From assembly GCA_030390025.1 (NCBI GenBank), contig CM059433.1, positions 28,088,001-28,152,000 on the forward strand: DNA of 64,000 bases. The letters run 5' to 3'. Below are positions 35,143 through 48,579 of this stretch, in pieces. The stretch's first letter is position 1; every line of letters starts with the position of its first letter. The notes below the pieces were generated by a model, which was not told the origin of the DNA, made no database searches, and saw nothing but the letters and a program-made list of their open reading frames with translations. The DNA is from Squalus acanthias (Eukaryota). Position numbers and translations under genes: made by a program.

Positions 35143-37100
35143 TACAACAACTACAACTTGCACTTATATAGCGCTTTTAATGTAGCAAAACGTCCCAAGG
35201 CGCTTCACAAATTTAGACACCGAGCCACATAAGGAGAAATTAGGGCAGAGGACCAAAAGCTTGGTCAAAGAGGTAGGTTTTAAGGAGCGTCTTAAAGGAG
35301 GAAAGAGAGGTGGAGAGGTTTAGGGAGGGAATTCCAGAGCTAAAGGCACAGCCACAATGGTGGAGCAATTAAAAAAAATCGGGAATGTTAAGAGGCCAGA
35401 ATTGGCAGAACAAAAATATCTCCGGGGTTGTGGGGCTGGAGGAGATGAGAGAGATAAGAAAGGGTGAGGCCATGGAGGGAATTGAAAACAAGGATGAGAA
35501 TTTAAAAATTGAGGCTTTGCTTAACGGGGAGCCAACATAGGTCAGCGAGCACAGGGGTGATGGGTGAACTGGACTTGGAGAGAGTTAGGACACAGGCAGC
35601 AGAGTTTTGGATGACCTCAACTTTATGGAGGGTAGAACTAGGGAGACTGCCCAGGCGTGCATTGGAATAGTCAAGTCTAGAGGTAACAAAGGCATGGATG
35701 AGGATTTTAGCAGCAGATGAGCTGAGGCAAGGGCAGAGACTGGGCGATGTTACGGAGGTGGAAATAGGCAGTCTTAGTGATGGCACGGATATGTGGTAGG
35801 AAGTTCATCGAGGTCAAATATAACACCAAGGATGCGAACAGGCTGGCTCCGCCTGAGACACTTGCCAGGGAGAGGGTTGGAGTCGGTGGCTAGTGAATGA
35901 AGTTTGTGGCGGGGACCAAAGACAATGGCTTCAGTCTTCCCAATATTTAGTTGGAGAAAATTTCTTCTCATCCAGTACTGGATGTCGGACAAGCAGTCGG
36001 ACAAATTTAGAGACAGTGGAGGGGTCGAGAGAGATGGAGGTGAGGTAGAGCTGGGTATCGTCAGGATATATGTGGAAACTGACGCTGTGTTGTCGGATGA
36101 TGTCACCTAGGGGAAGCATGTAGGTGAGAAACATGAGGGGGCCAAGGATAGATCCTTGGGGGACACCAGAGGTAACAGTGAGAGAGCGGGAAGAGAAGCC
36201 ATTGCAGGTGATTCATATGCAGATAGATAAGAATGGAACCAGGCATGTGCAGCCCCACCCAGCTGGATGACAGTGGAGGTGTTGTAGAAAGATTATGTGG
36301 TCAACCATGTCAAAGGCTGCAGACAGGTCAAGAAGGGATAGTTTACCTTTTTCAATCACATAGAATGTCATTTGTGACTTTAGCAAGGGCCGTTTCGGTA
36401 CTGTGGCGGGGGCAGAAACCTGATTGGAGGGATTCAAACATGGAGTTCTGGGAAAGATGGACACTGATTTGGAAGGTGACAACACGTTCAAGGACTGGAG
36501 AGGAAAGGGAGGTTGGCGATGGGGTGGTAGTTTGCAAGGACGGAGGGGTCAAGAGTTGTGTTTTTGAGGGGGGGGGGGGGGGGGGGGGAGGACAGCAGAT
36601 TTGAAGGAGAGGGGGAACATACCAGAGGAGAGAGAACTGTTAACAATAACAGCTAACATGGGAGCCAGGAACAGTAGTTGGGTGGTCAGCAGTTTAGTGG
36701 GAATAGGGTCAAGAGCACAGAAAGTGGGTCACATCAACAAGATAAGCTCAGAGTGCATGAAGGGAGATAGGAGAGAAAGAGAAATATGCAAATTCAGGGT
36801 TAGGGCAGGGGGAACCTTAGAGGAAGTTAGGCCGAGGGGATGGGAGGGAAGCAGCAGAACGGATGGTCTCGATCTTTCTAACAATAAAGTCCATGAGCGC
36901 CTCGCACTTATTTTTTTTTTTTTTTTTTAAAGAGGTGAGGGAGAGAAGGCAAGGGAGGGTGGTTTGAAAAGTTTGTGAAGAGGAGAAGAGAGGCCGGGTG
37001 TTATCTTTGCCTTCCTGGATGATCTTTGAATAGTGGGCAGTTTTAGCAATGGAGAGCAGGACCCGATAATGCTTTCTGTGATCCAGCCAGATCTGGTGAT
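35143..37100 (-). mobile_element. L2 LINE ORF2 (RT) and 3' end, disrupted
   Basis: [69 protein letters not shown] motifs. Confidence 0.92.
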
Positions 37101-37137
37101 GTATGATTAAACAAGTTGACTGCCAAAGATGTTCAAA

Positions 37138-37632
37138 TCATAGAAATTTAGTTCACAGGAGGCCATTCAGCCCATTGTGTCAGTGAGGATGAAAAAGATC
37201 TATCCAACCTAATCCCACTTTCCAGCTCTTGGTCCGTAGCCTTGTAGGTCACAGCACATCAAGTGCATATCCAAGTACTTTCTAAATGTGATGAGGGTTT
37301 CTGCCTCTACCACCCTTTCGGGCAGTGAGTTCCAGACCCCCACCACCCTCTGGGTGAAAAGAATTCTCAACTCCCCACTAATCCTTCTATCAATTATTTT
37401 AAATCTATGCCCTCTGGTTATTGACCTCTCTGCCAAGGGAAATAGGCCCTTCCTATCCACTCTAAGCCCCTCATAATTTTATACACCTCAGTTAAGGCTC
37501 CCCTCCTCCAAAGAAACCTACCCCAACCTATCCAATCTTTCCTCATAGCTAAAATTTTCCAGTCCTGGCAACATCCTCAAATCTTCTCTGTACCCTTTCT
37601 CCTGTAATGTGGTGACCAGACCTGTACCCAGT
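37138..37632 (-). mobile_element. CR1 3' fragment nested within L2
   Basis: ORF 37209-37460 (TRGHRFKI...FTQRVVGVWNSLPERVVEA). Confidence 0.85.
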
Positions 37633-37682
37633 CCCTTGGACTTGAGAGCAGAAATGAGGGGTATACCAGGAGGGAACAACTA

Positions 37683-37814
37683 AGGGAGAGAAAGAGAGAG
37701 AAAGAGGAGAGAAAGAGAGAGAGAAAGAGGAGAGAAAGAGAGAGAGAAAGAGGAGAGAAAGAGAGAGAGAAAGAGAGAGAGAAAGAGGAGAGAAAGAGAG
37801 AGAGAAAGAGAGAA

Positions 37815-37897
<83 letters not shown>

Positions 37898-37938
37898 AAG
37901 AAAGAGAGAGAGAAAGAGAGAAAGAAAGAGAGAGAGAA

Positions 37939-37973
<35 letters not shown>

Positions 37974-38026
37974 AAGAAAGAGAGAGAGAAAGAAAGAGAG
38001 AGAGAAAGAAAGAGAGAGAGAAAGAA

Positions 38027-38057
<31 letters not shown>

Positions 38058-38072
38058 AAGAGAGAGAAGAGA
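37683..38072. repeat. About 390-bp pure-purine (GA)n/(GAAA)n compound microsatellite
   Basis: Direct observation; source of spurious Ser/Leu ORFs. Confidence 0.95.
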
Positions 38073-38805
38073 GTCAACGGTGGTGGAGAGGGTGTGATTT
38101 AGCAAATCAGTAGCTGTAGAAATGTCATGAAAAATTGTAAGCCAATGGCCAAATAGTTGGGAATTTGAAAGTGTGGTGGTGAGAGTTTTTTCCAGGGGCG
38201 GGCACAGAAAGAAGTGGGGTTGGGAGGGGTATGGGGAATATGGGTAGAGAGTGATAAGGAAGTGATCAGAGATTGCCTCATCATTGATAGTTACGATGGG
38301 AATAGCGAGGCCACATGAGATGACAAGATCGAGGGGTGGCCGTGTATATGGGTAGGGGAGTTTATATGGAGAGAGAGATTTAGGGAGGAAAGCAGCGCAG
38401 TAAACTCAGGAGAGAGAGCAAGAAGAGTTGCGGTGGAGGTTGAAATCACCGAGGATGGGAAGTCACTCAGTGCAGAGGCAGAGGAAGAAAGCAGAGAAGA
38501 TATCTCTGAGAAACTTGATCTGATACTTGGGTGGGCGATACAGAACAAGGATTTTAAAAGGAGAGGCGTGAGGGGTGGAACAAGGCGAGATGCTCAAAAG
38601 GAGAGGTTGCCAGAGGAGTAGGGAGACAGACGGTGATTTAGAGATAAGGGCTACACCACCACCATGGTGGTTTGAGCGGGGCAAATGGTGCAAAGTATAG
38701 CCAGGTAGGGAAGCTTCATTAAGGGGAAAGGTGTCATCACCCCTCAACCACGTCTCCGTCAAGGCCGTGATGTCAATGTGGTCATCCACAATAAGTTCAT
38801 GTGAA
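38073..38805 (-). mobile_element. L2 LINE endonuclease region (5' continuation of 35143-37100)
   Basis: IDITALTETWL...GYTLHHLPR..HGGGVALI, VLYRPP, GDFN-like and PTH motifs. Confidence 0.85.
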
Positions 38806-39635
38806 TTATTTCCTACATTTTCACCAACTAAAATATCTTGATCAGAAACAAGCAACCCAAAGACCTACACAAAGATATGGCAATGTGGGTAAGACTAGAA
38901 AGTCAAAGCATTCACAATTGCCTTTTGAGCTCAAAAACTGCCTCTGGCTCATAGAATATTGAAAACCTGTCAAGAGAGAGCAGAGAACAGTACATTTCAT
39001 ACTCAGCACAAAGTCCCATGATGAATATCCTAAAAAAAAGTCACAAGATCATTTTATCACATGGAAGATGCTTTCAGGCATTCTGTAGGTAATAGAAAGT
39101 TAACACTAATTATGTACAGACTCTTAAAATGCACAGATGCCCAATTATGGAGAACGGACTGGACCAAACAAGTCAAGCAATAGTGCATCAAATGAGCTGT
39201 AATCAAAATGGCTGCCTTGATGGGCAACCATCCTTACAGCAAGGCAGTATGATTAACTAAAGTTAATAAAAATCTTGAGGGGTACAGAAAGAATGTGCAA
39301 GTATGGGTATCTGATTACTGGATGCTAAGAGATTCCTTTCTACAAACGGGCCACCGGATTCACTCACTGAATCTGTACTCTCTGCTTTGGTCCAATACAA
39401 TAAATACATTCAACTGTGAGCCAAACAAAACGCACATTATTGAAAGAGCACAGCAACTGATAAGTGAATCACAATTAAAGCACATTTTTATATTACAGGT
39501 TGAGCCCCATCTCAACTGTGTTGAAGGGCCAGAGGCGTACTTGGGCTGCTGTCTGTCCAAGCACAGCTTTGGCAAAGACCAACACACAATGGTGAGCTGT
39601 AGGTGAGGCAAGGCGAGGAGAGAGAATGACTGCCC

Positions 39636-39906
39636 GCGACATCAAGGCAGCATTTCACCAAGTGTAGCAAAAGGGAGACCTAGCAAAATTGAAGTCAATG
39701 GGAATCAGGGGGGAAAGCTGTCCACTGGCTGGAGTCATACCTAGCACAAAAGATGATGGTTGTGGTCGATAGAAGCCAATCATCTCATGGACTCAGCGGT
39801 TCAAGAAGGCAGCTAAAGACTACCTTCTCAAGTACAATTTGGGACGGGCAATAAATGCTGGCCTTGCCAGCAATGCCCCACATCCCGTGAATGAATTAAA
39901 AAAAAA
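39636..39906 (+). mobile_element. CR1-clade LINE RT fragment joined to its 3' tail
   Basis: DIKAAF...LAKLKSMGIRG...WLESYLAQ; tail GGGCAATAAATGCTGGCCTTGCCAGC...GAATGAATTAAAA. Confidence 0.65.
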
Positions 39907-39911
39907 TACAA

Positions 39912-40362
39912 AAATCTGCTGCTTGTATCCTAACTCACACCAAGTTCTGTTCACCCATCACCCCTGTGCTCGCTGACCTACATTGGCTCCCGGTCTACCA
40001 ACGCCTCAACTTCGAAATCATCCTCCTTGTGTTCAAATCCCTCTGTAATATCCTCCATCCCAACAACCCTCCGAAAACTCTGCATTCCTCCAATTCTGGC
40101 CTCTTGCGCACCCCGCAGTCCCTTCACCCCACCATTGGCAGTCGTGCCTTCAGCTGCCTAGGCCTTAAGCTCTGGAATTCCCTCCCTATACCTCTCCACC
40201 TTTAAGTTGCTCCATAAATCCTATCTCTTTGACCAAGCTTTTGGATACCTGTCCTAATGTCTCATGTGGTTTGGTGTGAAATTTTATCTGATAATGCTCC
40301 CAGGAAGCAACTTGGGACATTTTACTACGTTAAAAGGCGCTATATAAATGCAAGTTGTTGTT
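39912..40362 (+). mobile_element. L2 3' fragment
   Basis: PITPVLADLHWLPV...AFSCLGLKLWNSLP; tail AAAGGCGCTATATAAATGCAAGTTGTTG. Confidence 0.85.
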
Positions 40363-40440
40363 CGGAACAAATTTCCAGAGTTTTAGAAGCCAAATCACAC
40401 GTCTCCTACATCATCTGTTCAATTCATTGCACTTATTAGT

Positions 40441-40466
40441 GTAATGTAATGTAATGTAATGTAATG
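40441..40466. repeat. (GTAAT)5 microsatellite
   Basis: Direct observation. Confidence 0.9.
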
Positions 40467-41671
40467 ACTTGGGTTAAAATGTCTTTATGGTATTTGAACA
40501 AATAAACCCACGACAGGAGTTATAAGGATTTAGGAGCCTGGAGATTTGTATCAAGTGAGAGCCACAGTTAAACACCAGTGTTAAATCATCAGAAATGGGA
40601 GCATTTTCATGGCATCTGCAGTAAATTAAACTTCCAGACAATGCATTAGGGAGTGTGAGGTAACAGTGAAACAGATTATGAGACCTTAGCAACGAGCAGC
40701 TGTTTTGCTTTATATATAAAAAAAAACGAAATGGGGGATACTTCAAAACCACAACATAAAAATAAATTTGGTCTGAATCAAAAGCATCAGAGTTTTGTCA
40801 GGCCAGTGCCAGAATTTCCTCAAAATTTGCGCCACGGTGCATCTACGGCGTAGTCCAGTCTTCTGGCACTCAAGTCCCAGGGAATTTGGCAGAACTAAGA
40901 TTACCTACGCCGCCCCATAATTTCCAGGGTCTTTTGGACCGCTCAGCCAAGACCCTCACCCACTACAGCTCCAAGTTCATTTGAATAACTCCACCCCAAG
41001 GTCAAAGGCTTTTGCCAATTTGCTGAAACAACTCTACTCTGATTGTCACTGCCACTTAGACCTTTACACAATGGCGCTGCAGGGGAGGGGGGGGGCGGGG
41101 GGTCACAGTTCAATTCTTCACTCCAGATTCGTAACATCGCCCGAATACTGCAGGGCCAACGTGGGTTAATATCCTGTAGGAGTTAAAAATAGATGGGAAG
41201 TGAAAACCGCCAGGCAGTGTGGCAAAACGCTCATAAAAGGCTATGATCAGATCAATCGCTTATTTATTGGCTCAAAAGTCAGTGATTTTCACCCTCTCCC
41301 CTTTCAAAAGTACCGATTTAGTTGAGTAGAGTGAATATCCCTGATTTATATACCAAGGGATACAGTGTACTCGGTGCAAGGGCCAGTCCTGACCAGCTCC
41401 GAGCCACTCTCTGTTCAGTTTGATGTGTCTCGTTATTGAAGTAACTTTTACTTGGTGCTATAACTGTTGAAACTGACATTTCTCATGTCAGTTTCACAAA
41501 ATCCCATGACAGCCGCATGTCCCCGGCATTTGATTGAGAATATTTCCAATCAAACTCTTGATTAGATGCAAGGCATTCAACTACAGGCCAATTGAAGGAA
41601 AATTAATCAAAAATGGGCCATGGAAAAGAAAGACCGATTGACACTTACACTGAGCTAATTCATTGGCACTT

Positions 41672-42080
41672 GCACCAAGTCCTGTTCACCCATCACCCCT
41701 GTGCTCGTTGACCTACACTGGCTCCCGGTCCAGCAACACCTTGATTTTAAAACTCTCATCCTTGTTTTCTTATCCCTCCAAGGCCTCTCCCCTCCCTAAC
41801 TCTAGCCCTCCGAGATCTCTGCGGTCCTCCAATCTTGGCCTCTTGCGCATCCCCAATTTTCATCTCTTCACCATTGGCAGCCTGGGCCCCAAGCTCTGGA
41901 ATTACCACCTTAAACCTCGCTCTCCTCCTTTAAAGACGCCCCTTAAAACCTAACTCTTTGACCCAGCTTTTGGTCAGCTGTCCAAATGTCGCCTTGCGTG
42001 GCTCAGTGTCAATTTGTGTGTGATGACACTCCTGTGAAGCGCTTTGGGATGTTTTTACAATGTTAAAAAGGTGCGATAGA
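41672..42080 (+). mobile_element. L2 3' fragment
   Basis: Homologous to 39912-40362. Confidence 0.8.
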
Positions 42081-42224
42081 ATTGGACTTGCACAGAATGG
42101 GTTCTGAATGTAGAAACTAAATGTGGTCTCAGTTGGGTTCACTGACTGACTAGACAGAAGTGAAAGTAACCTGACACCAGGACTAGCAACAACGAGAGGC
42201 TCTGGGTTTAGCAGGTCAGTGCTC

Positions 42225-42815
42225 ATTCGCACCGTGAATGGCGCTAACGGGGCGCAAAGCAACTAGCGCCCGGGCGCAGCACTGCCAACGTCTCCCGCGA
42301 AATTCAGCGGCGGCAGTAACCGTTGGCGCAGCGCCCCGGCCGCGAACTTCGGTAGCGCCCCCTGACTTACCACCGGACGCTATGTCCGACGGGCTCAGGG
42401 GGGCCTACCTGTGGCCGAGGCAGCGCTAATTAAAGGCGAGGTGCCGGGCGGCCATTTTTGTTGCTGGCCGCCTGCCAGCACCTGCCCGCTTTGCCATCCC
42501 CGGCCTTCGGTGAAACCCCCCCGCGGAGTGCCGGCTGCGCTCCATGAGCCCGGCACTTCGAGTGCTGTCTCTTTTGCCGGCACTCCGATCCCCAGTGGCC
42601 CAGCTCGCACCCCGGGTCGTGCTGCGCAAAGCCCCTCCCCTTTCAGGGGAGGAAGGCCTGCAGTACCACGGCGTGATGTGCCGCAGCGCTGCGATATTCC
42701 CTCGCAGTGCCCCAAGAGGGAGACGGGGCGCTTCCAGTAGCGTCCCGCTTCCCTCTTGGGGCGCTACCATTCAATTTCGGCTGCGGGAGCGCGACTCAAT
42801 TTCCCCCCCCGCCCC
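42225..42815. mobile_element. GC/CpG-rich non-autonomous DNA element fragment
   Basis: Abrupt GC-rich block with recurring AGCGCCC motifs, ending in TIR-like CAATTTCCCCCC. Confidence 0.5.
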
Positions 42816-44331
42816 CATGAGTATTAATTCCAAAATAAGAAAAACCCTTAACTCATTTATAATCAAATCAGTTAATGATATAAAGATTAACAGCCGGAAA
42901 TGGGGAAACCTGGTCGCTCGTCTACTGTTCTGGAAGCATTAAGTAACCTGTTCTGTTCTGTGACCGGGCCCAGATACCTTGGAGGTAACATCAGACGTTG
43001 GCCACGTTGTTTCTGACTCACCGTGGCCTATTCTAATGAGTTCTCCAGCAAATATCAGCATAAATTCTTCATTGGAGGATCAGGGAGCAGAACTTGTTAG
43101 TCGCCAATATCGCCATGGGAAGTAAAAAACCATACGTGCAAAGCTTTTCCTGTCGCCTGATAGCCTTAAATTGATCCCCTCACATTTGCTCCCTCCACCA
43201 GTGGCAGACTGTAACCATCATGACTTCACCCTAGCTTCATGTAGCTCAAAATGCTTCATCCAACCCAAGTTGGGAAGAACGGGACCTAGAATTGCCCTGC
43301 TGAAGATCTTGCACAGTTCAAGCAGACCTTGCACAAAAACCTTCACATGCCCACTACGCTGCTTCATTAAAATCCGACTGACACACTGCAACAAATCATA
43401 TTCAAACAAGAGATATGGAGATAGAAGCTGCCACATGGCAATTGTCTATCTAAAACATGTGCTATGGAATAGACTCCCTCAGGAGATGGTGGAAGCAGTT
43501 AGTATTGAATCTTTCAAATGCAAGTTCAAGAGATTTCTTTCAGAAAGATACATTTTAGGATACAATGCAAGAGTAATTTGAGACATGACATGTGGTCAGT
43601 GCAGCATGCTTGAGAGGAACAGGTAACTTTGGACCTATGGTTCCCAAAGTTCATCATCAATGGGTTTTGCTCACCTCATGTCTGGGTCTGTTGTAAACTA
43701 ATCAATAGAGATTGATTGTTATGATTCGTCAACAACTCCAATATTGTTTTATCATGGACTACCAGGATGGTAGAAGGCGAAATATATGGACCTTGATCTT
43801 TTCATCCAGCTATTCCCGTTACTAAAACCGGCAAAAACATTAGGCTTCATTCACTGTCAGTGCAGTTTTTAAGTATGCCCACTGAATGGTTTAATAAAGA
43901 CAATGGCCCAATACACAGCCGTACCAAGAAAAACCAAAAAGCGTGTTTCAGCTGTGTGCGCGTCCAACTGAGCAAACTGCTGCTGTATGAACCGGCAGTT
44001 AGTTTTTGGTGGGTTCTTGGTTTCTTCCTTTCCATTACTTAGTCTGTTGGGGGTGGGGTGGGAATGAATCTCAAATTAGTACACGACTCCAAAGTCAAAG
44101 TAGCACGGATTCCATACCCAGCATCATCCCAGGAGCATCTCCAAAGACAAACATGGGAGGTCTGCAATGGTGGAGGTCCTATATATTGGAATCTAAGCTA
44201 TTGGCAAGTAAACTCATTTACAGCTATTGACTTTAGACGCAAACATATTTATGAATCTCCTTCGGAGCATTCTTTTTGTATGAGAGAATGGTGAACAACA
44301 TGAATCATGCTGTACCGACTTAATTTTACTG

Positions 44332-44487
44332 AAAGATAGATTTTTGGACTCTAGGGGAATCAAGGGATATGGAGATCGGGCGGGAAAGTGGAGTTGAGGT
44401 CGATGATCAGCCATGATCTTATTGAATGATGGAGCAGGCTCGAGGGGCCGTATGGCCTACTCCTGCTCTTATTTCTTATGTTCTTAT
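44332..44487 (+). mobile_element. CR1 3' UTR fragment
   Basis: GATCAGCCATGATCTTATTGAATG...CTTATGTTCTTATG. Confidence 0.85.
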
Positions 44488-45574
44488 GAAAGTGCAAGTC
44501 AGTTAAATTGGAGATAAAGTCGGATCTAATTCTGACACTGGCAGTCTCGACTTGTCGATACTATTTTTAAGCAATGAAGATTGAGTGAACTCAAACTGAA
44601 GAACATTTCTGTGAACATTAAAACAACCAGCAAGATTTAATTTTAAAAAGTGTCAATAAATCTCTGACGTCACGGAGTTCAACAAATTGGTGATATTCAG
44701 CTCCTCAAACTCATGGCTGAATAATGGAATGTAAAAGGTCAGCCTCTGGGCTGATCTATATTACTGTAGGTCACAAGTGTTTTTCTCATCTGCTGAACAG
44801 GCATTGGTTTATTTTACATCTGACAAGAAAGATCATGTTGCACATGGGGCGAGATGTGAACCAACAAAAAATATCTTCTGAATGCAGCAAGGCTGTGTCT
44901 GCCGTTGATTGAAAGTGATAACATAAATTTCATTGCATTAAGGTCAGAATTTTTATCTTCATCCCTCTCCACACATGGACACAATAAAAGAAAAAGTCAG
45001 CCACTGTGTCCTCTCAGTCATAATGGTAGCACAGTTCAGGCATGCTACCAGTGGTCCCGATTATTTATTTATTCATTCATTCATTCTTGGGATAGGAGTG
45101 TCGCTAGCAAGGCCAGCCTTTATTAGCAACAGCAATTTGCATTTATATAGCGCCTTTGACATAATAAAACGTCCCAAGGCACTTCACAACCAAAGTTCCC
45201 TTTAAGCTGCGCGGTTGCGCAGCGCTTCAGGGAACCCACACAGCTGGCTTTTCAAAGTAAAAACCGTGCATGTGCAGTATTTGGAATTGTTCGCTGCAGC
45301 ACCAACAATATTTGACACCGAGCCACACAAGGAGATATGGGGGAGAGAAAGAGAGAAAGAGGTTGGGAAGATCCAAAAGGCAATATTATCCAAGCCAGTC
45401 AAAATGGTGGAGTTGATAGGCATTCAGCCCTGCAACTGTTTTGTCGAAATTATGGGGTGGGCGGGGTGGAAGCGGAGAATCAATATGTCCGTAACATCAT
45501 TATCAAAACCTTCTGTCTGATTGTAAAGCAGCACACTTTGTATTTTAGATGTTACCTCAAAAAAAATTTGAAAC

Positions 45575-45805
45575 CGGAATAGTACCAGAGATGCGGGACT
45601 TCAGTTATGTGGAGAGACTGGAAAAGCTGGGGTTGTTTTCCTTCGAGCAGAGAAGGTTCCTTCGAGCAGAGAAGGTTAAGGGGAGATTTAATAGGTTTTC
45701 AAAATCAGGAGGGGTTTTGATAGGGAGAAAATTGTTTAGCTCTTTCAAAGAGCCGGCACAAACATGATGGGCCGAATGGCCTCCTTTGTGCTGTGTGATA
45801 CTATG
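45575..45805 (+). mobile_element. CR1 3' fragment
   Basis: PEMRDFSYVERLEKLGLFS motif and GGGCCGAATGGCCTCCTT tail. Confidence 0.8.
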
Positions 45806-46304
45806 AACTACCTGCTGCATAATGGCTACTGAGAATTACTAACTAAACCAAAATGCTACTATTGAACACACATCTTGCACGCCACAGCTATAACTTAGGT
45901 TAAATTTAACATAATTTAGAGTCAGAGAGGGGACTGTTTCAAAGCCTTAATCAAAGGGTTCAGAAATCAAACTACAACTCAGAACTTGGAACTTGTCATG
46001 AGCCCCAGCCTCTCAGGATATGCTGAAACACATCCCAAATTGCAGGTACTTTAAGAACGTTGTATAATGCAATTTGAATGTGTATTTATAGAGGAACCCG
46101 GTGAAGAAATGCCATGATCAGCAATCCCTGAAGGAGTCAAGGGACTGGGCCATTCACCAAGACATTGGTGACACTAGCCAAGTGCTATATGTGGAACTTA
46201 AAAAAACACTAAGAAAGAAAACGGTATCAGAGCCAATACAGTACAGAATCAGAGGGATGTAAAAGCTAGCAGCTCCTTCTTATAAGAAAAGAAAAAGGAA
46301 ACAA

Positions 46305-46915
46305 AAAAGACTTGCATTTATATAGCACTTTTCACGACCCCAGATGTCCCAAAGTGCTTTACAGCCAATGAAGCACTTTTGAACTGTAGTCACTGTTGTA
46401 ATGTAAGAAATATAGCAGCCAATTTACACACAGCAAGCTCCCACAAACAGCACCGTGATAATGACCAGATAATCTGTTTGTGATGTTGGTTGAGTGATAA
46501 TTATTGGCCAGGAGACCCGGGAGAACTCCCCTGCACTTCTTCAAATAGTGCCATGGGATAATTTACTTGCACCTGAGAGCGCAGACAGGGCTTCGGTTTA
46601 ACGTCTCATCTGAAAGACGGAACATCAGACAGTGCAGCACTCCCTCAGTACTGCACTGGACTGTCAGCCTCGATTAGGTGCTGAAGTGGGGCTTGAACCC
46701 ACTATTTGCTGACAGAGGCAAGAGTGCTACCCACTAAACCACAGCGGACACTTCCATGACATAATGACCAGGTAACTTGATGTTGGTTGAGGGATAATTA
46801 TTGGCGAGGGCACTGGGGAGAACGCACCTGCTCTTTCAAATAGCGCCATGGGATCTTTTACGTCCACCCGAGAGGGCAGACGGGGCCTCGCTTTAACGTC
46901 TCATCCGAAGGACTG
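46305..46915 (-). mobile_element. DeuSINE full copy plus an adjacent partial copy (46757-46915)
   Basis: Sequence similarity to other copies. Confidence 0.85.
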
Positions 46916-47571
46916 CTTATATCTTTATTACTAAAACTAGCACAGAAGCAGGCTCCACAGGCAAACGCCACTGGGTCATGTATGACAGGCAGTCATGCCT
47001 TAGAGCACGAGTTATAATACAGCCTGACAGAATCAAAATAAAAGGGGATTTTTTTGGGCCATCAATATACCAGTTGTCAATTAGTTTGAATATAATGTAC
47101 CCCACGTAGTACGGGGCAGCTACCGAGTTACTCATGGAAACATTCTCATATTCAGGTCACATTTGAATCGAAATCCTGCTGGTTTAAAAGATTAAACTAC
47201 ATTTTCAACTGTACAATCAAAATAATTCGGCAACCTGGCAGATTATTAAAACACCGCATTACATACAACGTGACTTCAATCCCACACTATTTTCATTAAA
47301 GTCGATGTTGCCTGAAGGTGTCCAATGAGCCAGTTTTATATTCTCATCATCAAATCGCAGAGGTTGCTTGCTTGGCGTTTCATTCCTGCATGGTTACCGG
47401 GCGCATTTAGTTACAGGGCTCTTGTGGTGCTGCAGCAATCCAGAGAGTAGCTGGGCCCCAACACCCCAGAAGGTCCTAGTTTTGACCTCCCCAACTCTAT
47501 CCTGACTTTCTTTATAATAACTGGGGCGATAGTAGAAGCAGCATTTGCCTGGGTTAGGGACTTCTATTTCA

Positions 47572-48005
47572 TTACCTCAGGATATCCCAAAGCACTTTAC
47601 AGCTAATTAAGTATTTTTGAAGTGCAGTCACTATTGTAAGGCAGGAAACGCGACAGCCAATTTGCACACAGCAAGGTCCCACAATAAGCAATGAGATAAT
47701 AACCAGATAATCTGCTTTTGATGGTGTTTTTTGAGGGATAAATTTTGGCCTGGACACCAGGGGAGAACTCCCCTGCTCTTCTTCCAAATAGTACCAAATG
47801 GGATCTTCTGCATCCACCCGAGAGGGTAGATAGGGTCTCTGTTTAATGTCTCGCCCAAAAGATGGCACTTCTGACAGTACAGCACTCCCTCAGTACTGCA
47901 CTGGGAGTACCAGCATGGATTTTGTGCTCAAGTCTCTGGAGTGGGACTTGAATCCACGACCTTCTGACTCACAAGCGTGCCACCCACTGAGCCGCGGCTG
48001 ACACT
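47572..48005 (-). mobile_element. DeuSINE (SacSINE1-like)
   Basis: Sequence similarity to other copies. Confidence 0.85.
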
Positions 48006-48579
48006 TCCATTAAGTATTATTGGACAGTTGGCCTGGAAGTGTACATCAATAAAACAGTTACTGCTCCATGTTGGTGGTCTTGCGGGGGGACAGGCAGAGA
48101 AAGAGGGTCAAGGAAGCTTGATCTTCCCAACAATCTTAACAGGTTCAGAATAATTTAAATTTTGTTTAATGGATTCCTGCGACTTCATCAGAGTGGAAAA
48201 AATAAAAGCGTAAAGTGACATACATACATACATACATACAAAGTCTCTAATTCCAGCCCTGTGCCCATGCCTTTAGTTATGAAACTGATTAAGCCACATA
48301 CAGTAACACAAAATAAGCTATTAAAAGTACCAACTTCTTCACTGTTAGCAAGGTTACACCCTCCCCAGTTTATTTGGATTTTAATTTTCCATTAATGGAT
48401 TAGCCAGCTAATGAACTGAAAATCTAAAAATACAATTCAGCAGTTGTTATTCCAACAATGTCATCGGTCTTGGATCAAACAGGATTGGAGCGAACAGTAC
48501 AGCATCATTCGCATTGTGTGCCTCATTAAAGGCAGATTAAATCAGGACTGGCAAATAACGGCAGCAGCATTGCAACATC

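Noticed and set aside
37577..38105. Long Ser/Leu/Phe-rich ORFs (similar ones at 6834-7118 and 54895-55348)
   Set aside because: Translations of GA/TC microsatellites
39368..39413. 46-nt minus-strand exon candidate (CACAG...GTGAGT)
   Set aside because: Only splice signals, short unrecognised peptide; expected by chance in 64 kb
42238..42942. Overlapping 100+ aa ORFs in the GC-rich block
   Set aside because: Stop-poor because of high GC; no domain or splice support
47265..47390. 42-codon open minus-strand frame ending at GTATGT
   Set aside because: No pyrimidine tract at the acceptor and no recognisable protein
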